Shown here piece after piece: positions 1 to 9,401 of a stretch of DNA of 32,000 nucleotides. The stretch comes from Synechocystis sp. PCC 6803 substr. PCC-P (GTDB lineage: Bacteria; Cyanobacteriota; Cyanobacteriia; Cyanobacteriales; Microcystaceae). Position 1 is the stretch's first letter. Every line of letters starts with the position of its first letter. The notes under the pieces were generated by a model that saw nothing but the letters and a program-made list of their open reading frames with translations, did no database searches and was not told the DNA's origin. The translations under genes and the position numbers were made by a program. The DNA is taken from assembly GCF_000284455.1 (NCBI RefSeq), contig NC_017039.1:90001-122000 (forward strand), written 5' to 3'.

Positions 1-506
1 CTCTGTTCAGCACTGTCACAGACCCACAGTTCTTCCCCCCGCACGGTAATGTTTTCCACCCCAATGCCGGGACTGTAAAAAGTCGCCACTAGCTTGCGGG
101 TATCCCGGCCATAGACCCAGATGTGGCCCCGTTTATGGCAGGTGATGTACACAGTGCTTTCCCAGATGGCCACCCCATTGACTGGGTCATCAAACCAAGC
201 AAATACCTCGGGCTTGAGGTCTGGCCCCTCCAGATTACAGGTGTACACATACTGTCCTGAGCTAAACCATAACTGCCTGTCGGCGATCGCCAGGCCGGTG
301 GCCCCGATGAATTCCTGCCAGTACTGGCCATTGAGCAACTTAGTGTTGTTGGTGTAGGGATCGATTTCCAACAGATAACCATTTTTGCTGTCCACAGCCA
401 AGAGACGCTCTCCATCGAAGACAATGCCATGGATGGAAACAGCGGCCACGGGACGAATGGTTTTTCCCACAAAAGTAGATGAATCGGGCACAGAATCGAC
501 AACCAT
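1..506 (-). CDS. Partial CDS (N-terminal 168 codons; continues beyond the window start), beta-propeller-like/hypothetical protein
   Basis: Manual reverse-strand translation from ATG at 506: MVVDSVPDSSTFVGKTIRPVAAVSIHGIVFDGERLLAVDSKNGYLLEIDPYTNNTKLLNGQYWQEFIGATGLAIADRQLWFSSGQYVYTCNLEGPDLKPEVFAWFDDPVNGVAIWESTVYITCHKRGHIWVYGRDTRKLVATFYSPGIGVENITVRGEELWVCDSAEQ. Open to the window edge with repeated 'GERLLAVD..', 'RQLWF', 'STVYIT', 'EELWVCD' blade-like strands. The supplied track shows only out-of-frame ORFs here. Confidence 0.8.
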   Translation of the reverse strand, partial: MVVDSVPDSSTFVGKTIRPVAAVSIHGIVFDGERLLAVDSKNGYLLEIDPYTNNTKLLNGQYWQEFIGATGLAIADRQLWFSSGQYVYTCNLEGPDLKPEVFAWFDDPVNGVAIWESTVYITCHKRGHIWVYGRDTRKLVATFYSPGIGVENITVRGEELWVCDSAEQ

Positions 507-736
507 AGACACTAGATGGCAGGACAGTTTAGGCAATTCTACAGCTTAACAAAGGGACCGGTGGAGCAGATGCTCATCACGAACGTTCCCCTCCTACTGT
601 CCCTAGAGGTCGTGCTACCATGCCGTTAGAATGGAAAGGAGGGCAACAAAAACCACTGTTAAACTGTCCTTCTGTCCTAGGAAAGTGCTTCTGTCTGGGC
701 ACAATGTTGAGAGAAATTGCCAAAAGGATTGAGACA

Positions 737-1411
737 ATGGCTAATAGGATAGGTTCACTAAGTTTGGGTTTACTCACTGCCCTAATGGGGGGAGAGTCCC
801 TGGTATCCGTGGCGACGGCCGTCCCTTCGGCCCCCCCCCTGGCGATCGCCCAGAATGGAGTTTCCCCTTTGACGGTGGACGTTTTAAAAAACCTGAGCTA
901 CACCATTCCCGACCAAGGTACATATTCCCTTAACAATGGTGTGTTCGCTGGGGGAACTTTTAGCCTTAATCTGATCAAGCCCATTGCCATTGGGGATGTG
1001 GACCAAGACGGCGACCAGGATGGGGCGGTGATTCTCCGCCGACAGAGTGTAGTTAGTGCCGACGAATTGATCTATCTAGCGGTGGTGACCGTGGAGCCCG
1101 ATGGTTCCCCCACTAACCCTGACACCTATTTCCTTGGCGATCGGGTGCGGGTGCAAAGTTTAGTGGTTAAAAATGGGCAAATCCGTCTCAACATCTTGAA
1201 GCACCAGCCGGGAGATCCCCAATGTTGCCCCAGTGCACTGGTTTCGGAGGCGTATCAGTTGAACAGTGGAGAAGGGACCCTCGCGCCGATCACCCTCAAT
1301 GAACAGCAACGCCAAGAAATTCACATTCAGGATTTACCAAGCCAGGCCCTTCCGGGGGATCAAGACGAGCCATTCCAGCCCTCCCTCGATCAATTCCAAA
1401 TTCAACTCTAG
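737..1411 (+). CDS. Hypothetical protein, possibly exported (start approximate; ORF open from 620, likely start at the MANRIGSLSLG methionine)
   Basis: ORF 620..1411; the inner start gives MANRIGSLSLGLLTALMGGESLVSVATAVPSAPPLAIAQ, a hydrophobic signal-like segment followed by a D-rich stretch (GDVDQDGDQDG). Confidence 0.6.
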   Translation: MANRIGSLSLGLLTALMGGESLVSVATAVPSAPPLAIAQNGVSPLTVDVLKNLSYTIPDQGTYSLNNGVFAGGTFSLNLIKPIAIGDVDQDGDQDGAVILRRQSVVSADELIYLAVVTVEPDGSPTNPDTYFLGDRVRVQSLVVKNGQIRLNILKHQPGDPQCCPSALVSEAYQLNSGEGTLAPITLNEQQRQEIHIQDLPSQALPGDQDEPFQPSLDQFQIQL

Positions 1412-1516
1412 CCTTTCCATATAGGGAAGTTAACTATTCGTTACCGCTCTTTTACTGAATTTATTGTTGGTTTTACTAAACATTGACCTTTTTCCCAGTC
1501 ACAGCGGAGCTAAACC

Positions 1517-2482
1517 ATGGAAGCCTTTTTTCTCTTCTTTCTCGTCTTCTTCGGATCGGCGATCGGTACATCCGTCAAAATTGTTAACGAAAAAAATGAA
1601 TACCTAGTGGAACGCCTAGGAAGTTATAACAAAAAACTTACCCCAGGGCTGAATTTTACGGTTCCTATTTTGGATCGGGTCGTTTTTAAGCAAACCACCA
1701 GGGAAAAAGTCATCGACATTCCCCCCCAATCCTGTATTACCAAAGACAACGTGGCCATCACCGCCGATGCTGTGGTCTATTGGCGCATTATCGATATGGA
1801 GAAAGCTTATTACAAGGTGGAAAATTTACAGTCCGCCATGGTGAACTTGGTGTTGACCCAAATCCGCTCTGAAATTGGCAAGCTTGAGTTGGACCAAACC
1901 TTCACTGCCCGGACGGAAATTAATGAATTACTACTGCGGGAACTGGATATTTCCACCGACCCTTGGGGGGTGAAGGTTACTAGGGTGGAATTACGGGACA
2001 TTATGCCTTCTAAAGCAGTGTTGGATTCCATGGAACTGCAAATGACCGCAGAGAGAAAAAAACGGGCGGCTATTCTCACTTCCGAAGGTCAACGGGATTC
2101 TGCCATCAACTCCGCCCAGGGGGATGCCCAAGCTCGGGTGTTAGAAGCGGAGGCTAAGAAAAAAGCGGCTATCCTCAATGCAGAAGCGGAACAACAGAAA
2201 AAAGTGTTGGAAGCTAAGGCTACAGCGGAGGCCCTCAGTATCCTTACGGAAAAATTGAGTTCTGATAACCATGCTCGGGAAGCGTTGCAATTCCTTTTGG
2301 CCCAGCAATATCTCAATATGGGCACCACCATTGGTAGTAGTGACAGTAGCAAAGTGATGTTCCTTGATCCCCGTAACATTCTTTCCACCCTGGAAGGAGT
2401 ACGGTCTATTGTGGGGGATGGGGCCCTAGATGAAGGATTAGAGGCGGCTTTGAATAAGGTAGACCGCCATCGGGCAGTTTAG
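1517..2482 (+). CDS. Band 7/SPFH (stomatin/prohibitin-like) membrane protein
   Basis: N-terminal TM segment, then [72 protein letters not shown], characteristic of the SPFH stomatin family, then an Ala/Glu-rich coiled coil ([20 protein letters not shown]). Confidence 0.93.
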
Positions 2483-3127
2483 GCAGTTAGCTTGGGGGCT
2501 GGGCTTTCTTGCTAAAGGCTACCATTTCAGGTTATATTCAGTTTAAATTCCTTGGGTATTAGGTTTATTTTTTGACAATGCCCGGGATATTTTGGGGGGA
2601 CTCCAACCCCTCAGGCTTGACGTCCAATGGAATCATTGACGTTGATCCAGGGATAACCAGCAAAAGTTATGCCCCTGTAGTGAATCGCCGTAAGCAGCCC
2701 CCGATTCTTCTTTTCTAATCGTTACCGGTTGTCGTTCTTGCGGTGAAGAAAAACAGATAGTTTTTTCCGTCTTAAACTGCCTCCAATACTCTTGCCTATC
2801 TATCTCCCCCGTCCGTGCGATGGGCGGCTGTCCCCTGGGAGTTTCCCTGGGAATATCTACGGCTTTCTCCAGCAAGCTGACTGTAACCCCTGTCCCCCAA
2901 AGGTCCCTGTTCACCCCCAATCGGGCAGCTGGGGTGGCAAAAAACGGTCACAACTATAGCAACTGAGATGACGGGAATAGTTCACTGGGCCAGAGGGTAG
3001 GTTGACCCTAGAGAGGAAAATATTCAGTTTACCCAATGTCCAACATTACAACATTTTTCTGTAGGCCACCTTGCCCCTGTCCACACCACTGGGACCGCTT
3101 TGGGATGGCCTTTTGAGGAATATATTT

Positions 3128-5152
3128 ATGCCAAAACAAATTGTCATTGCTGAAAAACATCAGGTTGCTGCTGTTTTTTGGAAGGATCAAATTCAAGAAT
3201 TGGTGGTGTCCACGGGCAGCCAACAGGTGGGAGATATTTATTTAGGCTTAGTTGACAATATTCTGCCCAGCATTGACGCCGCTTTTATTAACATTGGGGA
3301 CACCGAAAAAAATGGCTTTATCCACGTCAGTGACCTCGGCCCAGTTAGATTAAGGCGCACCGCCGGTTCCATTTCTGAACTTTTATCTCCTCAACAAAGA
3401 GTGTTGGTGCAGGTGATGAAGGAACCCACCGGCAATAAGGGCCCCCGCCTAACTGGAAATATCAGTATGCCGGGGCGTTATATGGTGTTGATGCCCTATG
3501 GCCGGGGAGTGAATCTTTCCCGTCGGATTAACCGGGAGGAGGAACGCAGTCGTTTGAGGGCTTTGGCTGTGTTAATCAAGCCACCGGGCATGGGACTGCT
3601 AGTGCGGACTGAAGCGGAAGATGTGCCGGAAGATGCGATTATCGAAGATTTGGAAAATCTGCAAAAACAATGGGAATTGGTGCAACAACAGGCCATGACC
3701 CGTAGTGCCCCCATGCTTCTGGACCGGGATGATGATTTCATCAAGCGAGTGCTGCGGGATATGTACTCCAGCGAAGTGAATCGCATTGTGGTGGATACCC
3801 CGGCGGGGATGAAACGGATTAAACAACAGTTGATGAACTGGGATCAAGGTCGTTTGCCGGAGGGAGTTTTAATTGATTGTCACCGGGAATCCCTCAGTAT
3901 TCTGGAGTATTTCCGGGTCAATGCCACTATCCGGGAAGCCCTTAAACCCAGGGTGGATCTGCCTTCGGGGGGTTATATAATCATTGAGCCGACGGAAGCT
4001 TTGACGGTAATTGACGTTAACTCTGGTTCCTTTACCCATTCGGCCAATTCCCGGGAAACGGTGCTCTGGACTAACTATGAAGCGGCGACGGAAATTGCGC
4101 GTCAGTTGAAACTGAGAAATATTGGCGGGGTGATCATTATCGATTTCATTGATATGGATTCCCATAAGGACCAGTTGCAACTTTTGGAGCATTTTAACCG
4201 CTGCTTGGAAACGGATAAGGCCAGGCCCCAGATCGCCCAGTTGACGGAGTTGGGACTAGTGGAGTTGACCCGTAAGCGCCAGGGACAAAATTTGTATGAA
4301 CTATTTGGACAGCCTTGTCCTGAGTGTGGTGGTTTAGGACATTTGGTGGAACTCCCTGGCGAGAAGGGTTTTGTTTCCCTGTCCCCCACAGCGGTCAACA
4401 GTAGCATTCCCCCCCGGTTGGTGGAAAAACCGATTCTCTCTCCCCCCGTTGCCAAGGTCAATGACCTGCCCAAGAAGGAAGAAGCAAAAATATCTAGCCC
4501 CCTGGACTTACTTTTCCATCCTAATTATCAAGAGCAGGGCGATCGGGATAGTAACCGTCGTCGTCGTCGCCGTCGAGGCTCGGAGTTTTCTGAAAAGGAA
4601 AATATTAAATCTGTGGGAATTTCCCGTAGTAAGGGTCCCAGCCCCAGCCCCACTAAGGAGAAAGTGACGGGCACTGCTCCTCCCCGCCGTGAACGGCCTT
4701 CCCGTCGAGTGGAAAAAACCTTGGTTCCGGTCGATGTCGCCATGACAACGTTGGAGCAGGATATTTATGCTCGTATGGGAATTTCTCCCCTAATCAAAAC
4801 GGAGTACGCTGATCAAGACCCCCGCTCCTTTATGGTTTCGGTGGTTACGGCGGGAGCGGCCTTGGAGGGAAACACTAACGGTAGTGGCAGTCTGGTTAAT
4901 GCTGTTATTACAACGGTGGACAATGGAGACAACGGGGATAACGTCCCCAGTGATGGGTTGACAATTGTATCTGAGGTCACAGCCCCAACCCCGGTTATTG
5001 AGCAACCAAGGGAGGAAACGGTTGAGCCGGAACAGGTTGTCTTACCCCAACTTGATGATGAAACTCCAGCCGCTCCGGTGGCAGAGGAGTCTGCTCCCAT
5101 AGAAACAAAAAAACGTCCTGGCAGAAGACGGCGGCGTTCTTCAGCGGAGTAG
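3128..5152 (+). CDS. rne: Ribonuclease E/G family endoribonuclease
   Basis: ORF 3071..5152; start placed at MPKQIVIAEKHQ (3128), giving 674 aa. S1-like region (GDIYLGLVDNILPSIDAAFINIG), RNase E/G catalytic motifs (VIDVNSGSFTHS, GGVIIIDFIDMDS) and a Zn-link-like CPECGGLG. Basic C-terminus ends RPGRRRRRSSAE. Confidence 0.96.
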   Translation: MPKQIVIAEKHQVAAVFWKDQIQELVVSTGSQQVGDIYLGLVDNILPSIDAAFINIGDTEKNGFIHVSDLGPVRLRRTAGSISELLSPQQRVLVQVMKEPTGNKGPRLTGNISMPGRYMVLMPYGRGVNLSRRINREEERSRLRALAVLIKPPGMGLLVRTEAEDVPEDAIIEDLENLQKQWELVQQQAMTRSAPMLLDRDDDFIKRVLRDMYSSEVNRIVVDTPAGMKRIKQQLMNWDQGRLPEGVLIDCHRESLSILEYFRVNATIREALKPRVDLPSGGYIIIEPTEALTVIDVNSGSFTHSANSRETVLWTNYEAATEIARQLKLRNIGGVIIIDFIDMDSHKDQLQLLEHFNRCLETDKARPQIAQLTELGLVELTRKRQGQNLYELFGQPCPECGGLGHLVELPGEKGFVSLSPTAVNSSIPPRLVEKPILSPPVAKVNDLPKKEEAKISSPLDLLFHPNYQEQGDRDSNRRRRRRRGSEFSEKENIKSVGISRSKGPSPSPTKEKVTGTAPPRRERPSRRVEKTLVPVDVAMTTLEQDIYARMGISPLIKTEYADQDPRSFMVSVVTAGAALEGNTNGSGSLVNAVITTVDNGDNGDNVPSDGLTIVSEVTAPTPVIEQPREETVEPEQVVLPQLDDETPAAPVAEESAPIETKKRPGRRRRRSSAE

Positions 5153-5160
5153 GTATTAGC

Positions 5161-5808
5161 TTGATTCACCCCTCCAGTGACTACAACGATCGCCAATGGT
5201 GGCAAGAAAGCCAAGGATTAGGTGGCGATCGCCTGGTGGCGGGGGTGGATGAAGTGGGGCGAGGCGCTTTATTCGGGCCAGTGGTGGCGGCGGCGGTGCT
5301 AGTGCCCATCGAAGCCATTAACCAATTGCAGGCCTTGGGGGTAAAGGATAGTAAACAGCTTTCTCCCCAACATCGTTCCCAGTTAGCCCAGGCACTGCCC
5401 GATTATGTCCATAGCTATGGCATTAGCTTTGCCGATGTGCCCACCATTAACCGGGTTAATATTCGTCAAGCCAGTCTGTTGGCCATGGAAAGGGCGGTGC
5501 AAAAATTGCCTGTTATGCCGGCCTGGGTGTTGGTGGACGGGCGGGATACTTTACCCCACATTGCCATGGCCCAAATGGCCGTTACGGGGGGGGATAGAAA
5601 ATCTTTACTAATTAGTGCTGCCAGCATTTTGGCTAAGGTGTGGCGGGATACTTTAATTACCCGTTTAGCAGAACGCTTTCCTGGCTACGACCTGGCCAGC
5701 AATAAGGGTTATGGTACGGCCAAACATCGTCAAGGATTAAGGCAGTATGGTGCGACTCCTCTACACCGACCGCTTTTTTGCCGCAAAATTATTGAAAACC
5801 CAGATTGA
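5161..5808 (+). CDS. rnhB: Ribonuclease HII (TTG start)
   Basis: VAGVDEVGRGALFGPVVAAAVLV and DSKQLSPQHR are RNase HII signatures; 8 nt after the rne stop. Confidence 0.94.
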   Translation: MIHPSSDYNDRQWWQESQGLGGDRLVAGVDEVGRGALFGPVVAAAVLVPIEAINQLQALGVKDSKQLSPQHRSQLAQALPDYVHSYGISFADVPTINRVNIRQASLLAMERAVQKLPVMPAWVLVDGRDTLPHIAMAQMAVTGGDRKSLLISAASILAKVWRDTLITRLAERFPGYDLASNKGYGTAKHRQGLRQYGATPLHRPLFCRKIIENPD

Positions 5809-5817
5809 GTAGCCCGG

Positions 5818-6228
5818 TCAACTGAGAAACTTTTGGCGTAGGGCCTGGATAATTTCCCCATTAGCCTTGGGAAAACGGTACTCGCCCAAATCGGTGATCG
5901 CCACCCAGCGGATTTCTTCACAGGCAATGGTTTGGGGCTGCCCCGAGAGATATTGACAGAGATGGACGTAGAGAGTTAGGCGCACCTGGGGATAACTATG
6001 GTCAATGGTGATCAGAGATTCCCCCACCGCCACTTCAATGGCAATTTCCTCCCGCACTTCTCGGACAATACATTCAGCCGCCGTTTCCCCCGGCTCTAGT
6101 TTGCCCCCAGGAAATTCCCATAGCCCCCCAAAGGAACCTCCCACCGGACGGCGATCGATCAATACTTCACCTTGGTCATTAATAATTACCGCTACGCCAA
6201 TTTGTTTATGCTTGCTGGGAAAAGTCAT
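5818..6228 (-). CDS. mutT: NUDIX hydrolase, MutT-like (8-oxo-dGTP diphosphatase)
   Basis: Nudix box GGKLEPGETAAECIVREVREEIAIEV (GX5EX7REUXEEXGU-like). Confidence 0.88.
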   Translation of the reverse strand: MTFPSKHKQIGVAVIINDQGEVLIDRRPVGGSFGGLWEFPGGKLEPGETAAECIVREVREEIAIEVAVGESLITIDHSYPQVRLTLYVHLCQYLSGQPQTIACEEIRWVAITDLGEYRFPKANGEIIQALRQKFLS

Positions 6229-6324
6229 AGAATTTGCCAGAAATTTACAAAATGAGCAAAAAATCCCCCAAGATATCGAATCTTAGGGGAATAATACAGA
6301 GTTTTAATGGTCTTTGACTAACAA

Positions 6325-8481
6325 TTAACCCCGGCTAGCGTTACGACGGGCTTCCGCTGCTTCATCGGGGTGAATGCCCAAGCGGGTGAGGTTCAAGCGG
6401 CCTTTACTGTCAATTTCCCGTACTTTGACAATGACCTCATCGCCCACACCCACTTCATCTTCCACCTTGCCAACCCGGCCTTCCGTTAGCTGGGAAATGT
6501 GGATCATGCCTTCTTTTCCAGGTAGCACTTCCACAAAGGCACCAATGGGAATGATGCGGGTTACCCGACCGAGGTACACTTCCCCTTCGTTGAGTTTGCG
6601 GGTCATGTTATAAATCATTTGCCGCGCCCGTTCTGCCCGTTCCCCTTCACTGGAAGCAATGGTGACGGTACCGTCGTCGGCAATGTCAATCTTACAACTG
6701 GTTTGTTCGGTGATGCCCTTAATGGTTTTACCACCGGGCCCAATAACCATGCCGATGTGTTCCGGCTCAATTTTCAGGGTTAACAACCGGGGGGCAAAGG
6801 GAGACAACTCAGGACGGGGTTCCCGGATCGTCGCCAACATTTTGTCGAGGATATGGAGTCGGGCGGGGAGAGCTTGCATAATGGCTTTGGACACCACTTC
6901 CATGCTCAGACCATCAATTTTCATATCCATTTGCAGGGCGGTAATACCGGAATCGGTACCAGCTACTTTGAAATCCATGTCGCCAAGGAAATCTTCAATG
7001 CCCTGAATGTCGGTGAGAATGCGAATTTCATCCCCTTCCTTGATTAAACCCATGGCGGCGCCACTAACGGGTTTTTTAATCGGTACCCCCGCATCCATGA
7101 GAGCAAGGGTGGAGCCACAAACGGATCCCATGGAAGTGGAACCGTTGGAAGACAGCACTTCCGACACAACCCGTACCACATAGGGAAAGTCTTCCTGGGG
7201 GGGGAGCACTGGTATGATGGCCCGTTCAGCAAGAGCACCGTGGCCAATTTCTCGGCGGCCAGGGGAGCGCATGGGGCGGGCCTCACCGACGGAATAGGGG
7301 GGGAAGTTGTAGTGATGCAGATAACGTTTTTCGTCCTCGGGATGGAGGTCATCCGCTAAATCTTGGGCATCGCCGGGGGAACCAAGGGTAGCCAGGGAGA
7401 GCACCTGGGTTAAACCACGGTTAAACAGTCCACTGCCATGGACCCGGCGGGGTAGAAAACCGACTTCGCAGCTAATGGGGCGTACCTGTTCGAGTTTGCG
7501 GCCGTCTACCCGTACTCCATCATCAACAATCTGTTTCCGCATTAACTTTTTGGTCAATGCTTTGTAGAGGTTGCCGACTAGTTTGGGGTCTTCTTCTACA
7601 CTTTGTTTAACGGGATCGGTTTCTGGTAATTCGGCGATCGCCGTTTCCACTTCGGTGGCTTTAATTTCATCGAGGGCGGCATCCCGACCATCTTTACCCA
7701 GGTCAAATTGACCGAGCACGGTGATGATTTTTTTAGAGGCTCTGTTTGCAATGAACTCTTCCACGGCGGTATTGACCGGGGGCGGCTCGGAAGTGGCCAG
7801 GGTAATGCCCAGGTCTGTCATCAATTCCCGCTGGGCGTTGATCAGATCCTGCACTGCTTCATAGCCAAAATCAATTGCTTCGATGATGTCCTGTTCCGGC
7901 AACTGGTTCGCCCCAGCTTCCACCATGACAATACCGGCGGGGGTACCGGCCACCACCAGGTCCAAATCTCCGTTATGGACTTCCCGATAGGTGGGATTAA
8001 TAATGAAATCATCCCCTACTAAACCTACCCGCACAGCGGCCATGGGACCTTTGAAAGGAATTTGGGCCAGGATGACCGCCACGGAAGCCCCGGTCACCGC
8101 TAACACATCGGGGGGCACTTCCTCATCCATGGAGAGGGTGGTGGCTACTATTTGCAGTTCATCCCGCAGCCAATGGGGGAATAGGGGACGCAAAGGACGG
8201 TCAATGAGGCGGCTGATTAATGTGGCCTTTTCTGGGGGTCGGCCTTCCCGCCGCAAAAAACCGCCCGGAATACGGCCTGCGGCATAGAGTCGTCCTTCGT
8301 AGTCCACCGTTAAGGGTAGAAAATCAATGCCATCCCTTCCTTTAGCTCTGGTCGCCGTGACCAACACCGCTGTATCGCCGGATTGAATGAGGACTGAACC
8401 TCCTGCTTGGGGGGCTAGGGTTCCCATTTTGAGTCTTATATCCCGTCCGTCGAAGGATATGGACTTGTCAAACTCTTGCAT
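6325..8481 (-). CDS. pnp: Polyribonucleotide nucleotidyltransferase (PNPase)
   Basis: Duplicated RNase PH domains ([34 protein letters not shown]; [20 protein letters not shown]), KH domain ([19 protein letters not shown]), S1 domain ([33 protein letters not shown]). Confidence 0.98.
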   Translation of the reverse strand: MQEFDKSISFDGRDIRLKMGTLAPQAGGSVLIQSGDTAVLVTATRAKGRDGIDFLPLTVDYEGRLYAAGRIPGGFLRREGRPPEKATLISRLIDRPLRPLFPHWLRDELQIVATTLSMDEEVPPDVLAVTGASVAVILAQIPFKGPMAAVRVGLVGDDFIINPTYREVHNGDLDLVVAGTPAGIVMVEAGANQLPEQDIIEAIDFGYEAVQDLINAQRELMTDLGITLATSEPPPVNTAVEEFIANRASKKIITVLGQFDLGKDGRDAALDEIKATEVETAIAELPETDPVKQSVEEDPKLVGNLYKALTKKLMRKQIVDDGVRVDGRKLEQVRPISCEVGFLPRRVHGSGLFNRGLTQVLSLATLGSPGDAQDLADDLHPEDEKRYLHHYNFPPYSVGEARPMRSPGRREIGHGALAERAIIPVLPPQEDFPYVVRVVSEVLSSNGSTSMGSVCGSTLALMDAGVPIKKPVSGAAMGLIKEGDEIRILTDIQGIEDFLGDMDFKVAGTDSGITALQMDMKIDGLSMEVVSKAIMQALPARLHILDKMLATIREPRPELSPFAPRLLTLKIEPEHIGMVIGPGGKTIKGITEQTSCKIDIADDGTVTIASSEGERAERARQMIYNMTRKLNEGEVYLGRVTRIIPIGAFVEVLPGKEGMIHISQLTEGRVGKVEDEVGVGDEVIVKVREIDSKGRLNLTRLGIHPDEAAEARRNASRG

Positions 8482-8608
8482 TTAACGTGTTTTCCTTATG
8501 TGCTATGACGTTTCTTCTTCTCAGCAGATCCTAACACCATTGACGAACCCTGGGCCGACCAAAGGTTGATCACCGGGGAAATGGGCCTTGTCCACCGGGT
8601 GTCGGGTA

Positions 8609-9199
8609 TTAGGTATTGATGATGGTACGGGCTGGGACAAAGGTGAAGCTACCCAGTTGGCCCCAACGGCTGGCGGGGAAAAAACGAAATAGGGCATGGC
8701 CGATGATATTTTGCTGGGGTAAAAATCCCCATACATGGGAATCATTGCTGTTGTTGCGGTTATCCCCCATGACAAACACCTGACCGTCCGGCACCCGCAC
8801 TGCGGGCAAATTATATTGGGGCGGCTCCAAAATATATTCTTCCTGTAAAGGTTGCCCATCCCGGTAAACAATGCCGTTGTTAACTTCCACTGTTTGCCCC
8901 GGCAACGCAATGACTCGTTTAATAAATGCCTGCCCTAGATCATAGCCTTGTACTTGCAGCAACTCCGGCGGATGGAACACAATAATGTCCCCCACCTGGG
9001 GTGGATGGAAATGGTAGGACACCTTCTCCACCACCAGGCGATCGCCTTGTTCGAGGGTGGGCAACATGGAATCGGAGGGAATGTAGCGGGGTTCCGCCAC
9101 AAAGAAACGCAGCAGCAGGGCCAGCACCAGGGCCACCATGAGCAGGGGGATGTTTTCCTTGATGAATTGCCAAGGGGAAGGGATGGGGGAATTTTGCAT
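8609..9199 (-). CDS. lepB: Signal peptidase I (S26 family)
   Basis: N-terminal TM, box B PSDSMLPTLEQGDRLVVEKVSY, box D KRVIALPGQTVEV, box E MGDNRNNSNDSHVWG. Confidence 0.95.
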   Translation of the reverse strand: MQNSPIPSPWQFIKENIPLLMVALVLALLLRFFVAEPRYIPSDSMLPTLEQGDRLVVEKVSYHFHPPQVGDIIVFHPPELLQVQGYDLGQAFIKRVIALPGQTVEVNNGIVYRDGQPLQEEYILEPPQYNLPAVRVPDGQVFVMGDNRNNSNDSHVWGFLPQQNIIGHALFRFFPASRWGQLGSFTFVPARTIINT

Positions 9200-9401
9200 A
9201 AAAGGGAATCGAACGGGAAAAGCTCCTCGGGTTAGAATCTGGGGAGATTGATGGGGCTAGATACATGGGCAAACCCTGACAGCTAGGGCAAACCTCGGTA
9301 AGCAAAGGCCACAGATCAAGCATAATCGAGGAGAGACTGCGTACCCAAACGCCGCCTGACATTGTTGAATTTCGCTTTTCAAACCCTTTTTCCATCGCCC
9401 T

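Noticed and set aside
89-502. ORF 89..502 (-) and ORF 121..357 (+)
   Set aside because: Low-complexity shadow translations; the overlapping frame from 506 gives a coherent protein open to the window edge.
1810-2388. Antisense ORFs 1810..2079 and 2089..2388 (-)
   Set aside because: They lie opposite the well supported band-7 gene; compositionally they are mirror translations.
2633-2920. ORF 2633..2920 (-), 95 aa
   Set aside because: In a long gap and could be real, but composition and motifs give no support; not called as CDS.
3496-5214. Antisense ORFs opposite rne (3496..3786, 3599..3847, 3869..4192, 4102..4473, 4790..5005, 4813..5214) and the + strand shadows 4371..4667 and 4528..4743
   Set aside because: All are embedded in a fully supported rne reading frame; no independent motif support.
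6374-8287. Plus-strand ORFs (6374..6613, 6659..7006, 6853..7047, 7708..8022, 7991..8287) opposite pnp
   Set aside because: Shadow ORFs of the highly conserved pnp gene.
8521-9395. ORFs 8521..8910 (-), 8940..9395 (-) and 8948..9235 (+)
   Set aside because: They overlap lepB in other frames; lepB has all signal peptidase I boxes.
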